A DNA stretch of 64,000 nucleotides from Dehalococcoidia bacterium (lineage in GTDB: Bacteria; Chloroflexota; Dehalococcoidia; UBA2979). The translations under genes and the position numbers were made by a program. Under the pieces are notes generated by a model. The model ran no database searches. It worked only from the letters and a program-made list of their open reading frames with translations, and was not told the origin of the DNA. Location: contig JANQNP010000004.1 of NCBI GenBank assembly GCA_028279505.1, positions 6,154-70,153 on the forward strand. Direction: 5' to 3'. The stretch's first letter is position 1; each line of letters starts with the position of its first letter. Below are positions 29,387 to 39,075 of this stretch, piece by piece.

Positions 29387-30793
29387 GTGACCAATCCCTA
29401 CCGCTCGCTGCCCTCCGTCGACTCGCTGCTCGCCGACAGCCGCGTGACCGCCCTCTCCGACGCGCACGGCCGCGAGGTGATCGCGAACCTCGCGCGCGAG
29501 GTGCTAGACGAGCAGCGCGAGGAGATCGGCCGCGGCAGCGAGATCGAAGACACCGTCGATCTGCTGATCGCGCGCAGCAGCGGCCTCGAGCCGAGCCTGG
29601 TCCGCGTCGTGAACGCCACCGGCGTCATCATCCACACCAACCTCGGTCGCGCCCCGCTCGCGCGGTCCGCGATCGACGCGATCCAGCGCACCACCCAGAG
29701 CTACGCCACGCTCGAGTTCGACGTCACCGAGGGCGTTCGCGGCTCTCGCCACCAGCACCTGGAGCCGCTGCTCTGCAGCGTCACCGGCGCCGAAGCCGCT
29801 CTCGTCGTGAACAACGGCGCGTCGGCGCTGTTGCTGGCGTTGGCGGCGCTCTGCGAGGACGGCGAAGTCGCGATCTCCCGAGGGCAGCTCGTCGAAATCG
29901 GCGGCGGCTTCCGGATCCCGGACGTGATGCGCCAGTCGGGCGCGCGACTCATCGAGGTCGGGACCACCAACCGCACCTACGCTCGCGACTACGAGGCCGC
30001 GATCGGCGAGGAGACCACCGGCCTGCTGCGCGTGCACTCCTCGAACTTCGCACAGATCGGCTTCACGACGACCGCCTCGATCGACGAACTGGCGGAGCTG
30101 GCGCGCCGGCACGACCTCTCGCTGATCGACGACGTCGGAAGCGGCGCGCTGCTCGACACGCAACAGTACGGGCTCGCCCCCGAGCCGATGGTGCAGGAGT
30201 CGATCGCCGCCGGCAGCGACGTCGTGCTCTTCTCCGGCGACAAGCTGATCGGCGGCCCGCAGGCCGGCATCGCCGTCGGGCGCCGCGAGGCCATCGAGGC
30301 CATGCGACGCCACCCGCTCGCGCGCGCCGTGCGGATCGACAAGGCCTCGATCGCCGCACTCGCCGCGACGCTCAAGCACTACGCGCTCGGCGACGCCGAG
30401 TCCGAGATCCCGATCTGGCGAATGATCGCCGAAGACGTCGACGACCTCGGTCGCCGCGCCCGCCGGTGGGCGCGCACCTGCTCCGCTCACGGCGAGACGC
30501 TCGAGGAGCGCTCAACCGTCGGCGGCGGCTCGCTCCCCGGCGAGGAGCTGCCAACCGTCGTCTGCGCGATCACCCCACCCGACCGCGACGCCGACGCGTT
30601 CGCGGCGGAGCTCCGAGCCCGGCCGACGCCGATCATCGCGCGCATCAAGGACGACCGCGTGCTGCTCGACCCGCGCACCGTCGACCCGCGCGAGGACGGC
30701 CACGTCGAACAGGCGCTGGCGGCGCTCTGCGGCTCGCAGCTACAGCCCCCACGCCCGCTCTCCCGGGACGGGACACCACCCTCTGGACGATAG
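29387..30793 (+). CDS. selA: L-seryl-tRNA(Sec) selenium transferase
   Basis: YRSLPSVD, VNATGVIIHTNLGRAPL, EIGGGFRIPDVM, EVGTTNRT, FSGDKLIGGPQAG, VGGGSLPG. Confidence 0.95.
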   Translation: MTNPYRSLPSVDSLLADSRVTALSDAHGREVIANLAREVLDEQREEIGRGSEIEDTVDLLIARSSGLEPSLVRVVNATGVIIHTNLGRAPLARSAIDAIQRTTQSYATLEFDVTEGVRGSRHQHLEPLLCSVTGAEAALVVNNGASALLLALAALCEDGEVAISRGQLVEIGGGFRIPDVMRQSGARLIEVGTTNRTYARDYEAAIGEETTGLLRVHSSNFAQIGFTTTASIDELAELARRHDLSLIDDVGSGALLDTQQYGLAPEPMVQESIAAGSDVVLFSGDKLIGGPQAGIAVGRREAIEAMRRHPLARAVRIDKASIAALAATLKHYALGDAESEIPIWRMIAEDVDDLGRRARRWARTCSAHGETLEERSTVGGGSLPGEELPTVVCAITPPDRDADAFAAELRARPTPIIARIKDDRVLLDPRTVDPREDGHVEQALAALCGSQLQPPRPLSRDGTPPSGR

Positions 30794-33194
30794 AACGCTC
30801 GAGGTCCTCGAATACCCGGCCGTCATCGATCGGCTGGTGCGGCTGACCGCGTTCTCCGGCGGCCGGCTGGAGGCGCAGGCCCTGCGGCCGGTCGTCGATC
30901 GCGACGAGGTCATCCGACGGCAGCGCCTCACCGCCGAGGCGTTCCACCTCGATCAGCTCGGCGTCGATGTCCCGCTCGGGGGCGCGCGCGACATCCGCGA
31001 GCAGGCCGAGGCGGCGGAGCTCGGCCAGGTCCTGACCGCCTCGGAGCTGCTGGACGTGGCGGACGCCTCGCGCGCAGCGGTCACGGTGCGGCGCGCGCTC
31101 GCTCGGCTCCAGGCCGAGGTGCCGATGCTGGCGACCATCGCCGCCGGCGTCGGCGAGCTAGACCCGCTCCGAGGGCTGATCGGCGCCGCGATCAGCTCCA
31201 ACGGCGAGGTGCGCGACGACGCGAGCCCAGAGTTGCGCCAGATCCGCGCCGAGGTGCTGACCGCCCACGATCAGCTCCAGCAACGGATGCAGAGTCTCGC
31301 CGCGAGCCCGTCGCTGCGCCCCGCCCTGCAGGAGCCGATCGTCACCATTCGCGATGGTCGTTATGTCCTCCCGGTGCGCTCGGAGGCGCGCGGCGCGGTG
31401 CCGGGCGTAGTGCACGACACCTCGGCATCAGGCCAGACGGTTTATGTCGAGCCGCTCGCGGTCGTCGACCTCGGGAACCGCTGGCGCGAGCTGCAGGTCC
31501 AGGAGCGGCGCGAGGTCGACCGCATCATCCGCGAGCTGTCGCAGTCCGTCGGCGACGCCCGCGCGGACCTCGTCGACGCGATCGAGCGCCTCGCCCAGAT
31601 CGACCTCACGATCGCGAAGGGCCGCCTCGGCCGCGAGTTTGGCGCCGCCGACCTCCACCGCACCGGGCGCCAGACCTGGCTCGTCGAGGCCCCGGGTGAG
31701 CTGCGACTGAACGAGGCACGCCACCCCCTGCTCGGCCCCGACGTCGTGGCGAACACGATCGTCGTGGGCGGCGAACACCACGCGCTGCTGATCACCGGGC
31801 CCAACACCGGCGGCAAGACGGTCGCGCTGAAGACGGCGGGACTGCTGACGCTGATGGCGCTCGCCGGCCTACCGGTGCCCGCGGACGCGGGCTCGACGGT
31901 GCCGGTGTTCGAGTCGGTGTTCGCGGATATCGGCGACGAGCAGTCGATCGAGCAGTCGCTCTCGACCTTCTCGGGGCACATCACCTCGATCATCGGGGTC
32001 CTCGAGCGCGCCGGCGAATGGTCGCTGGTGCTGCTCGACGAGCTGGGCGCGGGAACCGATCCGACCGAGGGCGCGGCGCTCGCGGTGGCGATCGTCGACC
32101 GTCTGCTGGCAAGCGGCGCCTCGCTGATCGCTACGACGCACCACAGCGAGCTGAAGCTGTACGCGCACCGCACGCCGGACGTGGTAAACGCCTCGGTCGA
32201 GTTCGACCTCGAGTCGCTATCGCCGACCTACCGGCTGACCATCGGATTGCCCGGGCAGTCGAACGCCCTGGCCATCGCGTCCAACCTCGGCATGCCCGAC
32301 GACGTGATCGAGGCCGCGCGCACCGGCCTGTCCACCGAGGAGCGCGAGCTGGAGTCGATGCTCGCTGAGCTCCGCGCTCAGCTCGCAGCCGCGGAGGACC
32401 GCGCGGCGCGAGCGGCCGCCGACGCGGAGCGCGCCGAAACGCTCCGCCGCGAACGGGAGCAGGAGCTGAACCAGCTCGCGGCCGACTCGACGCGGATGCG
32501 GGAAGACGCCCGGATCCGCGTGCGCGACGAGCTGCGGGACGTGCGGCGCCTCCTCGACAAGAGCCGCCGCGAGATCGAGGCGGCGCGGCTCGCCCAGGCG
32601 GAGGCGGACTTCGAGCGGGCCGAGGCCGCGGGCGACAAACTACGCTCCGAGCCGGAACCCCAGCGGGAAGCGGAGCCAGAGCCAGCGAACGTGGTCAGTT
32701 TCGAGGCCCCGGTCGAGCACCAGGCCGAGGGTGCGGAGGTGATCGTCGTGCCCGGGGCGCGGGTATGGCTGCGCGGCATCGGCATCCCCGGCGAAGCGCT
32801 CTCCGACCCGGACGAGCGCGGCGAGTTCGACGTGCAGCTCGGCGCCCTGCGCACCCGCGTCCGCCTCGAGCAGGTCCAGTCGACCGGCGAACCACCCGCC
32901 GAGAACGAACGCGGCCGCCTGCGCGTCCCCGCCGCTCCGTGGTCGCCGTCCGAGATCGAGATACGCGGCCAGCGAATCGACGAGGCGGTGCCACACGTCG
33001 AGCAGTTCCTCGACGGCGCCGCCCGCTCGGGCCACGGTCGCGTCCGTGTCATCCATGGCCGCGGCACCGGCACGCTCCGCCGCGCCGTCCGCGAGCTGCT
33101 CGACCGGCACCCGCTCGTGACCGGCTACGCGACGGCCGAGCCCAAAGAGGGCGGCGAGGGCGTCACCGTCGCAACCCTCGCCACCACCCGCTAG
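30783..33194 (+). CDS. mutS2: Endonuclease MutS2 (probable CTG start at 30783; first canonical start GTG 30837)
   Basis: HDTSASGQT, ITGPNTGGKT, DIGDEQSIEQSLSTFS, DELGAGTDP.EG, C-terminal Smr domain (IHGRGTG.LR). Confidence 0.93.
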   Translation: MDDRTLEVLEYPAVIDRLVRLTAFSGGRLEAQALRPVVDRDEVIRRQRLTAEAFHLDQLGVDVPLGGARDIREQAEAAELGQVLTASELLDVADASRAAVTVRRALARLQAEVPMLATIAAGVGELDPLRGLIGAAISSNGEVRDDASPELRQIRAEVLTAHDQLQQRMQSLAASPSLRPALQEPIVTIRDGRYVLPVRSEARGAVPGVVHDTSASGQTVYVEPLAVVDLGNRWRELQVQERREVDRIIRELSQSVGDARADLVDAIERLAQIDLTIAKGRLGREFGAADLHRTGRQTWLVEAPGELRLNEARHPLLGPDVVANTIVVGGEHHALLITGPNTGGKTVALKTAGLLTLMALAGLPVPADAGSTVPVFESVFADIGDEQSIEQSLSTFSGHITSIIGVLERAGEWSLVLLDELGAGTDPTEGAALAVAIVDRLLASGASLIATTHHSELKLYAHRTPDVVNASVEFDLESLSPTYRLTIGLPGQSNALAIASNLGMPDDVIEAARTGLSTEERELESMLAELRAQLAAAEDRAARAAADAERAETLRREREQELNQLAADSTRMREDARIRVRDELRDVRRLLDKSRREIEAARLAQAEADFERAEAAGDKLRSEPEPQREAEPEPANVVSFEAPVEHQAEGAEVIVVPGARVWLRGIGIPGEALSDPDERGEFDVQLGALRTRVRLEQVQSTGEPPAENERGRLRVPAAPWSPSEIEIRGQRIDEAVPHVEQFLDGAARSGHGRVRVIHGRGTGTLRRAVRELLDRHPLVTGYATAEPKEGGEGVTVATLATTR

Positions 33195-34558
33195 CGGTCA
33201 CCGGTCGCAGCCACCGAGGCCATCGCGGCCGGGACCGGCTCCGGCGTCACCAGGACCAGCACGGCCGCGACGGCGTACGTGGCGACGAAGATCGTGAACG
33301 GCAGCTCGTAGTTGCCGCCCGCGTCGTACGCGACTCCGGCGAAGACCGGACCGCCCGCGCTGAACACGATCGTGAACGGCCGCCCGATGCTGCGCACCAT
33401 GCCCAGCGTCATCCGCCCGAAGTAGTCCGCCCAGACCACCTCCTGCACGGTGACCACGCCGCCGACCCCGACGCCGAAGAGGAAGATCGCCCCGTACATC
33501 GTCAGCAGCGACTCCGCGAGGAGGATCAGGACGATCCCGGCCCCGAGCGTCGCGAACTCGATCGCCGCCGCCACCTTCGAGTGCACACGCTCGACGAACA
33601 GTCCCCAGAAGGGCTTCGAGACGAGTCCGGCGAGACCGATCATCCCGAACCCGGCGGACGCCTCCCGCCGGCTGAAACCGCTGTCCGTCAGGTACGGGAT
33701 CAGGTGCAGGAACAGCGCCATGAAGCCCAGGGTCCCGAGGCCGAACGTGAGCGTCAGCAACCACAGCGCCGGCGTCCGCATCGCCTCGCGGCGCGTCCAC
33801 ACCGCCGCGTCGAGCCGTCGCAATCGGGCTTCGCCGGCGGCATCGAGCCGCGGGCCCGCTCCGCCGTCGGGTTCAAGCCCGAAGTCCTCGGGGCGCCGCC
33901 GCATCACCCACCAGGACGGCGGGATCACGACCACCCAGATCGCGATCCCGATCGCCGCCCACGTCGCGCGCCAGCCGACCGCCTCGATCATCCAGCCTGC
34001 CACCGAGGGCAGGGCGAACGCAGTCACCGAGATCCCCATCGCCGCGATCGCGATCGCTCGCCCGCGCCGGCGCACGAACCAGTTCGAGACCGCGACGTTC
34101 ACCACCATCGCGCCCATGCCCGCCATCCCGACCGTCACGATGCCGGCCTGGATCGCGTAGTACTGCCACAACTCCTGGACCTGTCCCATCAGCACGTAGC
34201 CCAGGCCGGCGATCGCCGCGCCGGCGACCATCAGTTCGCGCCCGCCGTGGCGATCGAGGAAGCCACCGATGAAGAGCCCGAGCACCCCCATCCCGGCCGT
34301 CGACGCCGTCTGCCCCAGCGACAGCTGCGTGCGCGTCCAGCCCAGCTCCTCCTCCATCGGCGTCACGAAGATCCCGAGCGAGTACGCGCTGATCCCCGAC
34401 GACATCGCGGCCGCGAGGAACGCAAGCGCGACGATGTACCAGCCGTAGAAGACCGGTCGCCCGAACAGCGACCGAGGTAGCGGCAGCCGTGGCGCCTCGG
34501 TGGGCGGAGCGGAGGGCGGGGTCGAACCCGCCGTCGGACGGGGCGGTGACGCGGCCAT
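33191..34558 (-). CDS. MFS transporter
   Basis: FYGWYIV start, about 12 TM helices, GGFLDRHGGR motif A, WFVRRRGRA, ADYFGR. Confidence 0.9.
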   Translation of the reverse strand: MAASPPRPTAGSTPPSAPPTEAPRLPLPRSLFGRPVFYGWYIVALAFLAAAMSSGISAYSLGIFVTPMEEELGWTRTQLSLGQTASTAGMGVLGLFIGGFLDRHGGRELMVAGAAIAGLGYVLMGQVQELWQYYAIQAGIVTVGMAGMGAMVVNVAVSNWFVRRRGRAIAIAAMGISVTAFALPSVAGWMIEAVGWRATWAAIGIAIWVVVIPPSWWVMRRRPEDFGLEPDGGAGPRLDAAGEARLRRLDAAVWTRREAMRTPALWLLTLTFGLGTLGFMALFLHLIPYLTDSGFSRREASAGFGMIGLAGLVSKPFWGLFVERVHSKVAAAIEFATLGAGIVLILLAESLLTMYGAIFLFGVGVGGVVTVQEVVWADYFGRMTLGMVRSIGRPFTIVFSAGGPVFAGVAYDAGGNYELPFTIFVATYAVAAVLVLVTPEPVPAAMASVAATGDR

Positions 34559-34711
34559 GACGTTCCCGCTTCACTTACGAACGCCCGCACTATAGGCCAC
34601 CGGCAATCTGGCAACGGCCACCCGATCGCGAACGCAGGCTCCGCTGGCCAGCAGCGCCGGAGCGACTAGACTCGCCGCGGCCGAAACCTGTGCCTACTGA
34701 ACGGACAACTG

Positions 34712-35290
34712 ATGCAGCCGATCACCGATGTCGCCGAGCTGTTCCGGCACCAGCGTGCGGTGCGCGCGTTCTCCGACCGCGAGGTTGACCAGGCAACCAT
34801 CGAGGAGCTGCTCACCGCCGCGACACACGGGCCCTCGGGCTCGAACAGTCAGCCGTGGCGCTTCATCGTCGTGCGAGATGCGGCGGTGAAGGCGCAGCTC
34901 AGCGAGGTCTACGAGACCGCGTTCGGCGAGGCGTACGCCACTCGCGCGCCGGCCCGCGCGGCCGACCGCCAGCCGTGGACCGAGGTACCGGTGCTGATCG
35001 TGGCGTGCGTCCAGGTCCCGGCGAGCACCGGCCGCTCCGGCATCCAGACCGGCGCGTCGATCTACCCGGCCTGTCAGAACCTGATGCTGGCGGCGCGAGC
35101 GCGCGGTCTCGGCAGCGTGCTCACGACGCTGCACCGCGTGAAGCGAGCGGAGATCCACGAGATCCTCGGCATCCCTGACGGTTGGGACTCGGCGGCGATC
35201 ATCCCGTTGGGCTGGCCGGATCGGTCCTACGGGCCGAACCGGCGCCCCCCGGTCTCCGAGGTAATGATGCTCGACCGGTGGTCCGAGTAG
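34712..35290 (+). CDS. Nitroreductase family protein
   Basis: RAVRAF, GPSGSNSQPWRFIVV, QNLMLAARARGLGS. Confidence 0.92.
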   Translation: MQPITDVAELFRHQRAVRAFSDREVDQATIEELLTAATHGPSGSNSQPWRFIVVRDAAVKAQLSEVYETAFGEAYATRAPARAADRQPWTEVPVLIVACVQVPASTGRSGIQTGASIYPACQNLMLAARARGLGSVLTTLHRVKRAEIHEILGIPDGWDSAAIIPLGWPDRSYGPNRRPPVSEVMMLDRWSE

Positions 35291-35330
35291 CCGCCTCCCC
35301 ACCGTCGGTCGTCGGACCTCGGCGGTCGCA

Positions 35331-36074
35331 TTGAGCGCGGAGCTGGCGGTCGTCGTCGTCCTCGCGTTCATCGCAGTCGCCGTCCAGGCATCCATCGGCT
35401 TCGGATCGGGGCTGATCTTCGTGCCCGCGGCGACGCTCGTCGTCGGGCCCGAGCCTGCGGTGGCGATGATGCTCGTTGGCATTCCCGCGGTGGCCGCGTC
35501 GCTCTACCTCGTCGACCGGCAACGGACGCCGATCCTCGACGCCGCGCCCGCGGCGCTCCTGAGTCTGCTCAGCGTGCCTGCCGGCGTCTGGCTGCTGACG
35601 CAGTCGGACGAGGACGTGCTGCGGCTGCTCGTGGGCCTGGCAGTCCTCGGCTCGGTGCTGGTGAACGTCATGAGTCGCGGGCAGGAGCAGGTGCGGGCAC
35701 CCGACCTGCCTCGAGTGGTGGCTGCGGGCCTGGCGTCCGGGCTGATGCGCGGCAGCACAAGCATGGGTGGACCGGCGCTGGTGCTCTACTTCCACTGGCT
35801 CGGCGGGGGCGCGGCGCGGTTCCGGACGCGGATGTTCTCGTACGGCGCGATCTCCGGCGCTCCGAGCATCGCGATCGCCGCCGCCGCGGGCGTGTTCAAT
35901 GCCGACACGATGCCCGTCGTGCTCTGGGGCTTGCTGGGCGCGGCGTTCGGCGTGCTGGCGGGCGTGCGGCTGCGCCCATGGATCAGCGACGCACGCCTGC
36001 GCGGGATGTCGATGGCGCTGCTGGCCGCGACGAGCCTGCTGGCGATCGCGACGGCAGGCTCGGCGCTCCTCTAG
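35331..36074 (+). CDS. TauE/SafE (TSUP) family exporter
   Basis: About 8 TM helices, IGFGSGL and SMGGPALV repeats. Confidence 0.82.
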   Translation: MSAELAVVVVLAFIAVAVQASIGFGSGLIFVPAATLVVGPEPAVAMMLVGIPAVAASLYLVDRQRTPILDAAPAALLSLLSVPAGVWLLTQSDEDVLRLLVGLAVLGSVLVNVMSRGQEQVRAPDLPRVVAAGLASGLMRGSTSMGGPALVLYFHWLGGGAARFRTRMFSYGAISGAPSIAIAAAAGVFNADTMPVVLWGLLGAAFGVLAGVRLRPWISDARLRGMSMALLAATSLLAIATAGSALL

Positions 36075-36676
36075 TCGGGCGGGAGCGCCTCGAGGTGGCA
36101 CACGTCGTTGACGACGACGATCTCGTCGCGACCGGCGCGGTGAGCCATCACGGTGAGCGAGCAGTTCGCGATGCGGGTCCGCGGCGACGCATGCGCGGGC
36201 AACTCGAGGAGATGCCCCAGCGCCTGGATGATCGTGCCGCCGTGGCACGCGACGACCGCGACGTCCTCGCGGTGGCGCGCTCGCAGCTCATCGATCGCCG
36301 ATCCGATACGCGCACGGAACGCCGGATGGCCCTCCTCGCCGGGCACGACACCGCGCCCCCAGTCGTCGGGCGTGAGGTTCCACCGCTCGACCATCTCCGG
36401 CCAGGCGAGGCCCTCCGCCTCGCCGTAGCGGTACTCGTCGAGGTCGGCGATCCGCTCCACCTCGATCGAGTGGTGCGCGGCGACAGCCGCGCCCGTGTTC
36501 GCCGCGCGGCGCAGCGTGCTGGCGTAGACGGCCGCGACCGGCTCGCTGGCGAGGCGCGCGCCAACGAGTCGGGCCTGCTCCCGCCCCCGGTCGGTCAGGT
36601 CGAGATCGAGCGACCCGGTGATCACGCCGCGGGCGTTGCCCTCGGACTGGCCGTGGCGGACGAAGATGAGAGTCAT
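36071..36676 (-). CDS. Histidine phosphatase family protein
   Basis: RHGQS, LT..GREQA, RAANT, CHGG, NCS, NDVCHL. Confidence 0.9.
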   Translation of the reverse strand: MTLIFVRHGQSEGNARGVITGSLDLDLTDRGREQARLVGARLASEPVAAVYASTLRRAANTGAAVAAHHSIEVERIADLDEYRYGEAEGLAWPEMVERWNLTPDDWGRGVVPGEEGHPAFRARIGSAIDELRARHREDVAVVACHGGTIIQALGHLLELPAHASPRTRIANCSLTVMAHRAGRDEIVVVNDVCHLEALPPD

Positions 36677-36683
36677 GCGCCCC

Positions 36684-37322
36684 CTACCCCGAACTCGGCG
36701 CGCCGGAGTTCTGTGCCCCAGCGTTCGGTGCTCCTGCCTCTGCATGGGCAGCCGCCGTGGGGTCGAGGAGCCCGAGGAACTGACCGAGCATCCGCGCCGT
36801 GGCGCCCCAGATCACGCTGTCTTCGAAGCCATAGGCGGGCGTCGATTCGGTGATCCCGTCGCGCTCCGCGACCTTCCAGATCCGCGCCTCCTCGGACAGC
36901 AGATGCTCGACCGGCACGTGGAGCAGCTCCCGCACCTCGCGCTTCGCCTCGACGAACGTGAGCGCGGCGTCGGCAGGCGCGGCGCCGACATACGGGCGGA
37001 TCAGGTAGTTGGATCCATACGTGGCTGTGTCGTCGAGCTGTCCGTAGACCTCCACGAGGTCCGGCGGAACGCCGATCTCCTCGTGGGTCTCGCGGAGCGC
37101 GGTGTGAAGCAGCGTCGCATCCTCGGGGTCGCGTGCGCCCCCGGGGAAGCTGATCTCACCCTTGTGGTGGCGCACACCCTGCGTGCGCTGCTGGAACACG
37201 ATGTGATCGGCGCCCTCGAGGTGGTGGAGCAGGAGGAGGACCCCGGCGGGCCGGCGATCCTCGATCGAGAGTTCGCGTGGCTGGAAGTCCGCCATCACCC
37301 GGCGAGCGCGGTCCCGAACCAT
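36684..37322 (-). CDS. NUDIX CoA pyrophosphatase
   Basis: HKGEISFPGG, TALRETHEEIG, IWGATA. Confidence 0.9.
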   Translation of the reverse strand: MVRDRARRVMADFQPRELSIEDRRPAGVLLLLHHLEGADHIVFQQRTQGVRHHKGEISFPGGARDPEDATLLHTALRETHEEIGVPPDLVEVYGQLDDTATYGSNYLIRPYVGAAPADAALTFVEAKREVRELLHVPVEHLLSEEARIWKVAERDGITESTPAYGFEDSVIWGATARMLGQFLGLLDPTAAAHAEAGAPNAGAQNSGAPSSG

Positions 37323-37369
37323 GAACTCCCCACGGCGCGTACCCGATCCGCCCCTTGTGGCGGTCGATC

Positions 37370-37446
37370 TGGTGGGCCCGCCAGGATTCGAACCTGGGAC
37401 CGATCGGTTATGAGCCGACTGCTCTAGGCCGCTGAGCTACAGGCCC
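37370..37446 (-). tRNA. tRNA-Ile2 (anticodon CAT, lysidine type), CCA encoded
   Basis: Minus strand reads GGGCCTGTAGCTCAGCGGCCTAGAGCAGTCGGCTCATAACCGATCGGTCCCAGGTTCGAATCCTGGCGGGCCCACCA; cloverleaf with paired G1:C72 (not fMet) and Ile2-like acceptor stem. Confidence 0.9.
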
Positions 37447-37523
37447 CTCCGGCAGGCCGATCGGTTCCCCGAGGCGATGCCGTCAGTCTCCCGAGTATAT
37501 GGCCCGGGCCGTCCGGAGTCGGG

Positions 37524-37922
37524 TCAGGCGGCCTGCAGCGCCGGCTGATCGTCGTCGAAGAGCGACATCAGCACGCTGCGCCAGCCGTTGAGGTCGCCCG
37601 GCTTCTGGAAGGTGCTGTGTGCGCCGGCGGCGTGGCAGATGACGCGGTCCTCGGGCGTGACGAACGCTGACATCACAACGACCTCGACGTCCGCACGGGC
37701 ACGGCGGAGGGGCCGAATGATCTCCCGCGCATCGCGCGAGCCGAGCCGGCGGTCGAGCAGAACCAGCGCGCCGAAAGGCGCGAGCTCCGCAAGGGCGTCG
37801 CCGTCCTCGGGACCAAGCGCGAGCACGGACGACTCCGGCGCAACGACGCCGAGGAGGTGCGCGACGAGGTCGCGGTGGGCGTCGTCGTCATCGACAACGA
37901 CGATCGGCGCGCCGCGGTTCAC
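37524..37922 (-). CDS. Single-domain response regulator (receiver)
   Basis: VVVDDD, phospho-Asp in LVLLD, VMSA, conserved KP. Confidence 0.85.
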   Translation of the reverse strand: MNRGAPIVVVDDDDAHRDLVAHLLGVVAPESSVLALGPEDGDALAELAPFGALVLLDRRLGSRDAREIIRPLRRARADVEVVVMSAFVTPEDRVICHAAGAHSTFQKPGDLNGWRSVLMSLFDDDQPALQAA

Positions 37923-38530
37923 GAGGGCGACCCCGACAGCGGCAGCCGCAGGATGACGTGCGACTCGACAACCTCCATCGCGCCGCCATGTCGGTCGAGC
38001 GCAATCTCGAGGCAGGCCAACGCCTCCACGGGGCCGCCGGCGTAGGTGTGCAGCGAACCGGCCAGCGCCGTGAGCGGCGACGGGCCGATGTCGCCCACGT
38101 CCGCGAGCGGCCAGCGGATCAGGGCGGATCCGCCCTCGATCGCCGCGACCGCGCCGTCAGGAATGGCGGCCCGGAGCTCCTCGGACGTGGACTCGTCGAG
38201 GGTGACAGTGGCGTCCGGCGCGGCGCCAGGGCAGAGCTTGGCGACGCCCACCTCGAGCGGCTCGGCGGTGCGGCGCGAGGCGCGCGAAAGCGCGTTCATC
38301 GCGGCAAGCATCCGCTCGAGGTCGTCGCAGGCGGCCTTGAGTCCGCCGATCGCCTCGTCGGCGCCGGCGACCTCGACATCCGCAAGCGTGTGCTCGAGCA
38401 GCTGCGCGCTGAGCGAGACCGTCAGCAGCGGCGAGCGAAGGTCGTGAGAGACCGCATAGAAGAGCGAATCGAGCAGCTGCGGCGCTGCGTCCGCGTAGGC
38501 ACTGCCCCCGCGCGAGACCTCGGTGGTCAT
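37919..38530 (-). CDS. HisKA-domain protein with degenerate or truncated ATPase domain and no sensor
   Basis: H-box YAVSHDLRSPL; no N, G1, F or G2 boxes; only the RHGG..EV...LRLPL terminal remnant; GTGA overlap with the receiver gene. Confidence 0.75.
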   Translation of the reverse strand: MTTEVSRGGSAYADAAPQLLDSLFYAVSHDLRSPLLTVSLSAQLLEHTLADVEVAGADEAIGGLKAACDDLERMLAAMNALSRASRRTAEPLEVGVAKLCPGAAPDATVTLDESTSEELRAAIPDGAVAAIEGGSALIRWPLADVGDIGPSPLTALAGSLHTYAGGPVEALACLEIALDRHGGAMEVVESHVILRLPLSGSPS

Positions 38531-38623
38531 GGTTCGCCGCCCGCTTCCTGCGTGTTCCGCCGCCCTCGATGATTGCGTGCGCCCGACCGGCCGCGCAACC
38601 GGGGGTTGCCCCCTACTCGAGCG

Positions 38624-39001
38624 CTACGCCGTCGAGGCGACCGGCCCGAGCGGCGCACCCCCGAGAATGTGCATGTGCACATGGAACACGGTCTGCCCGG
38701 CGTCCGCCCCGTTGTTCAGCACGAGCCGGTACCCACCCTCCTCGAGCCCAAGCTCGCGGGCGATCCGCGTCGCCGTGACGGTCATCCGCCCCAGCATCGC
38801 CTCATCCTCCGTGGTGAACGCCTGCGGCCCAGTCGGAGCTTCGCCGCGCGGGATCACCAGCACATGCGTCGGCGCCGAGGGCGCGATGTCACGGAACGCA
38901 ACGAACTCGTCGTCCTCATAGACGCGGTCGCTCGGGATCTCGTCACGAAGGATCCTCGCGAAGATGTTGTCCGGATCGTAGGCGGCCACGGCTCGCTCCA
39001 T
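38624..39001 (-). CDS. HIT-family protein (HinT-like)
   Basis: NIFARI, AFRDIAPSAPTHVLVIP, GQTVFHVHMHILGG. Confidence 0.92.
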   Translation of the reverse strand: MERAVAAYDPDNIFARILRDEIPSDRVYEDDEFVAFRDIAPSAPTHVLVIPRGEAPTGPQAFTTEDEAMLGRMTVTATRIARELGLEEGGYRLVLNNGADAGQTVFHVHMHILGGAPLGPVASTA

Positions 39002-39075
39002 TCGATGCTCGCTGGACCTCGGGCCCCGCGGGGTCGAGTTGCGGGTCAGACCCTGAGCGCTACGATGCCGTCAGC

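Noticed and set aside
29387-30793. Selenoproteins, tRNA-Sec or SECIS elements near selA
   Set aside because: I saw no recognisable gene interrupted by an in-frame TGA and no selB, selC or selD; the check was by eye, so short selenoproteins cannot be fully excluded
37330-37520. tRNA-Ile2 as an integration site
   Set aside because: No integrase, no duplicated tRNA 3' end seen, and flanking genes have host-like composition
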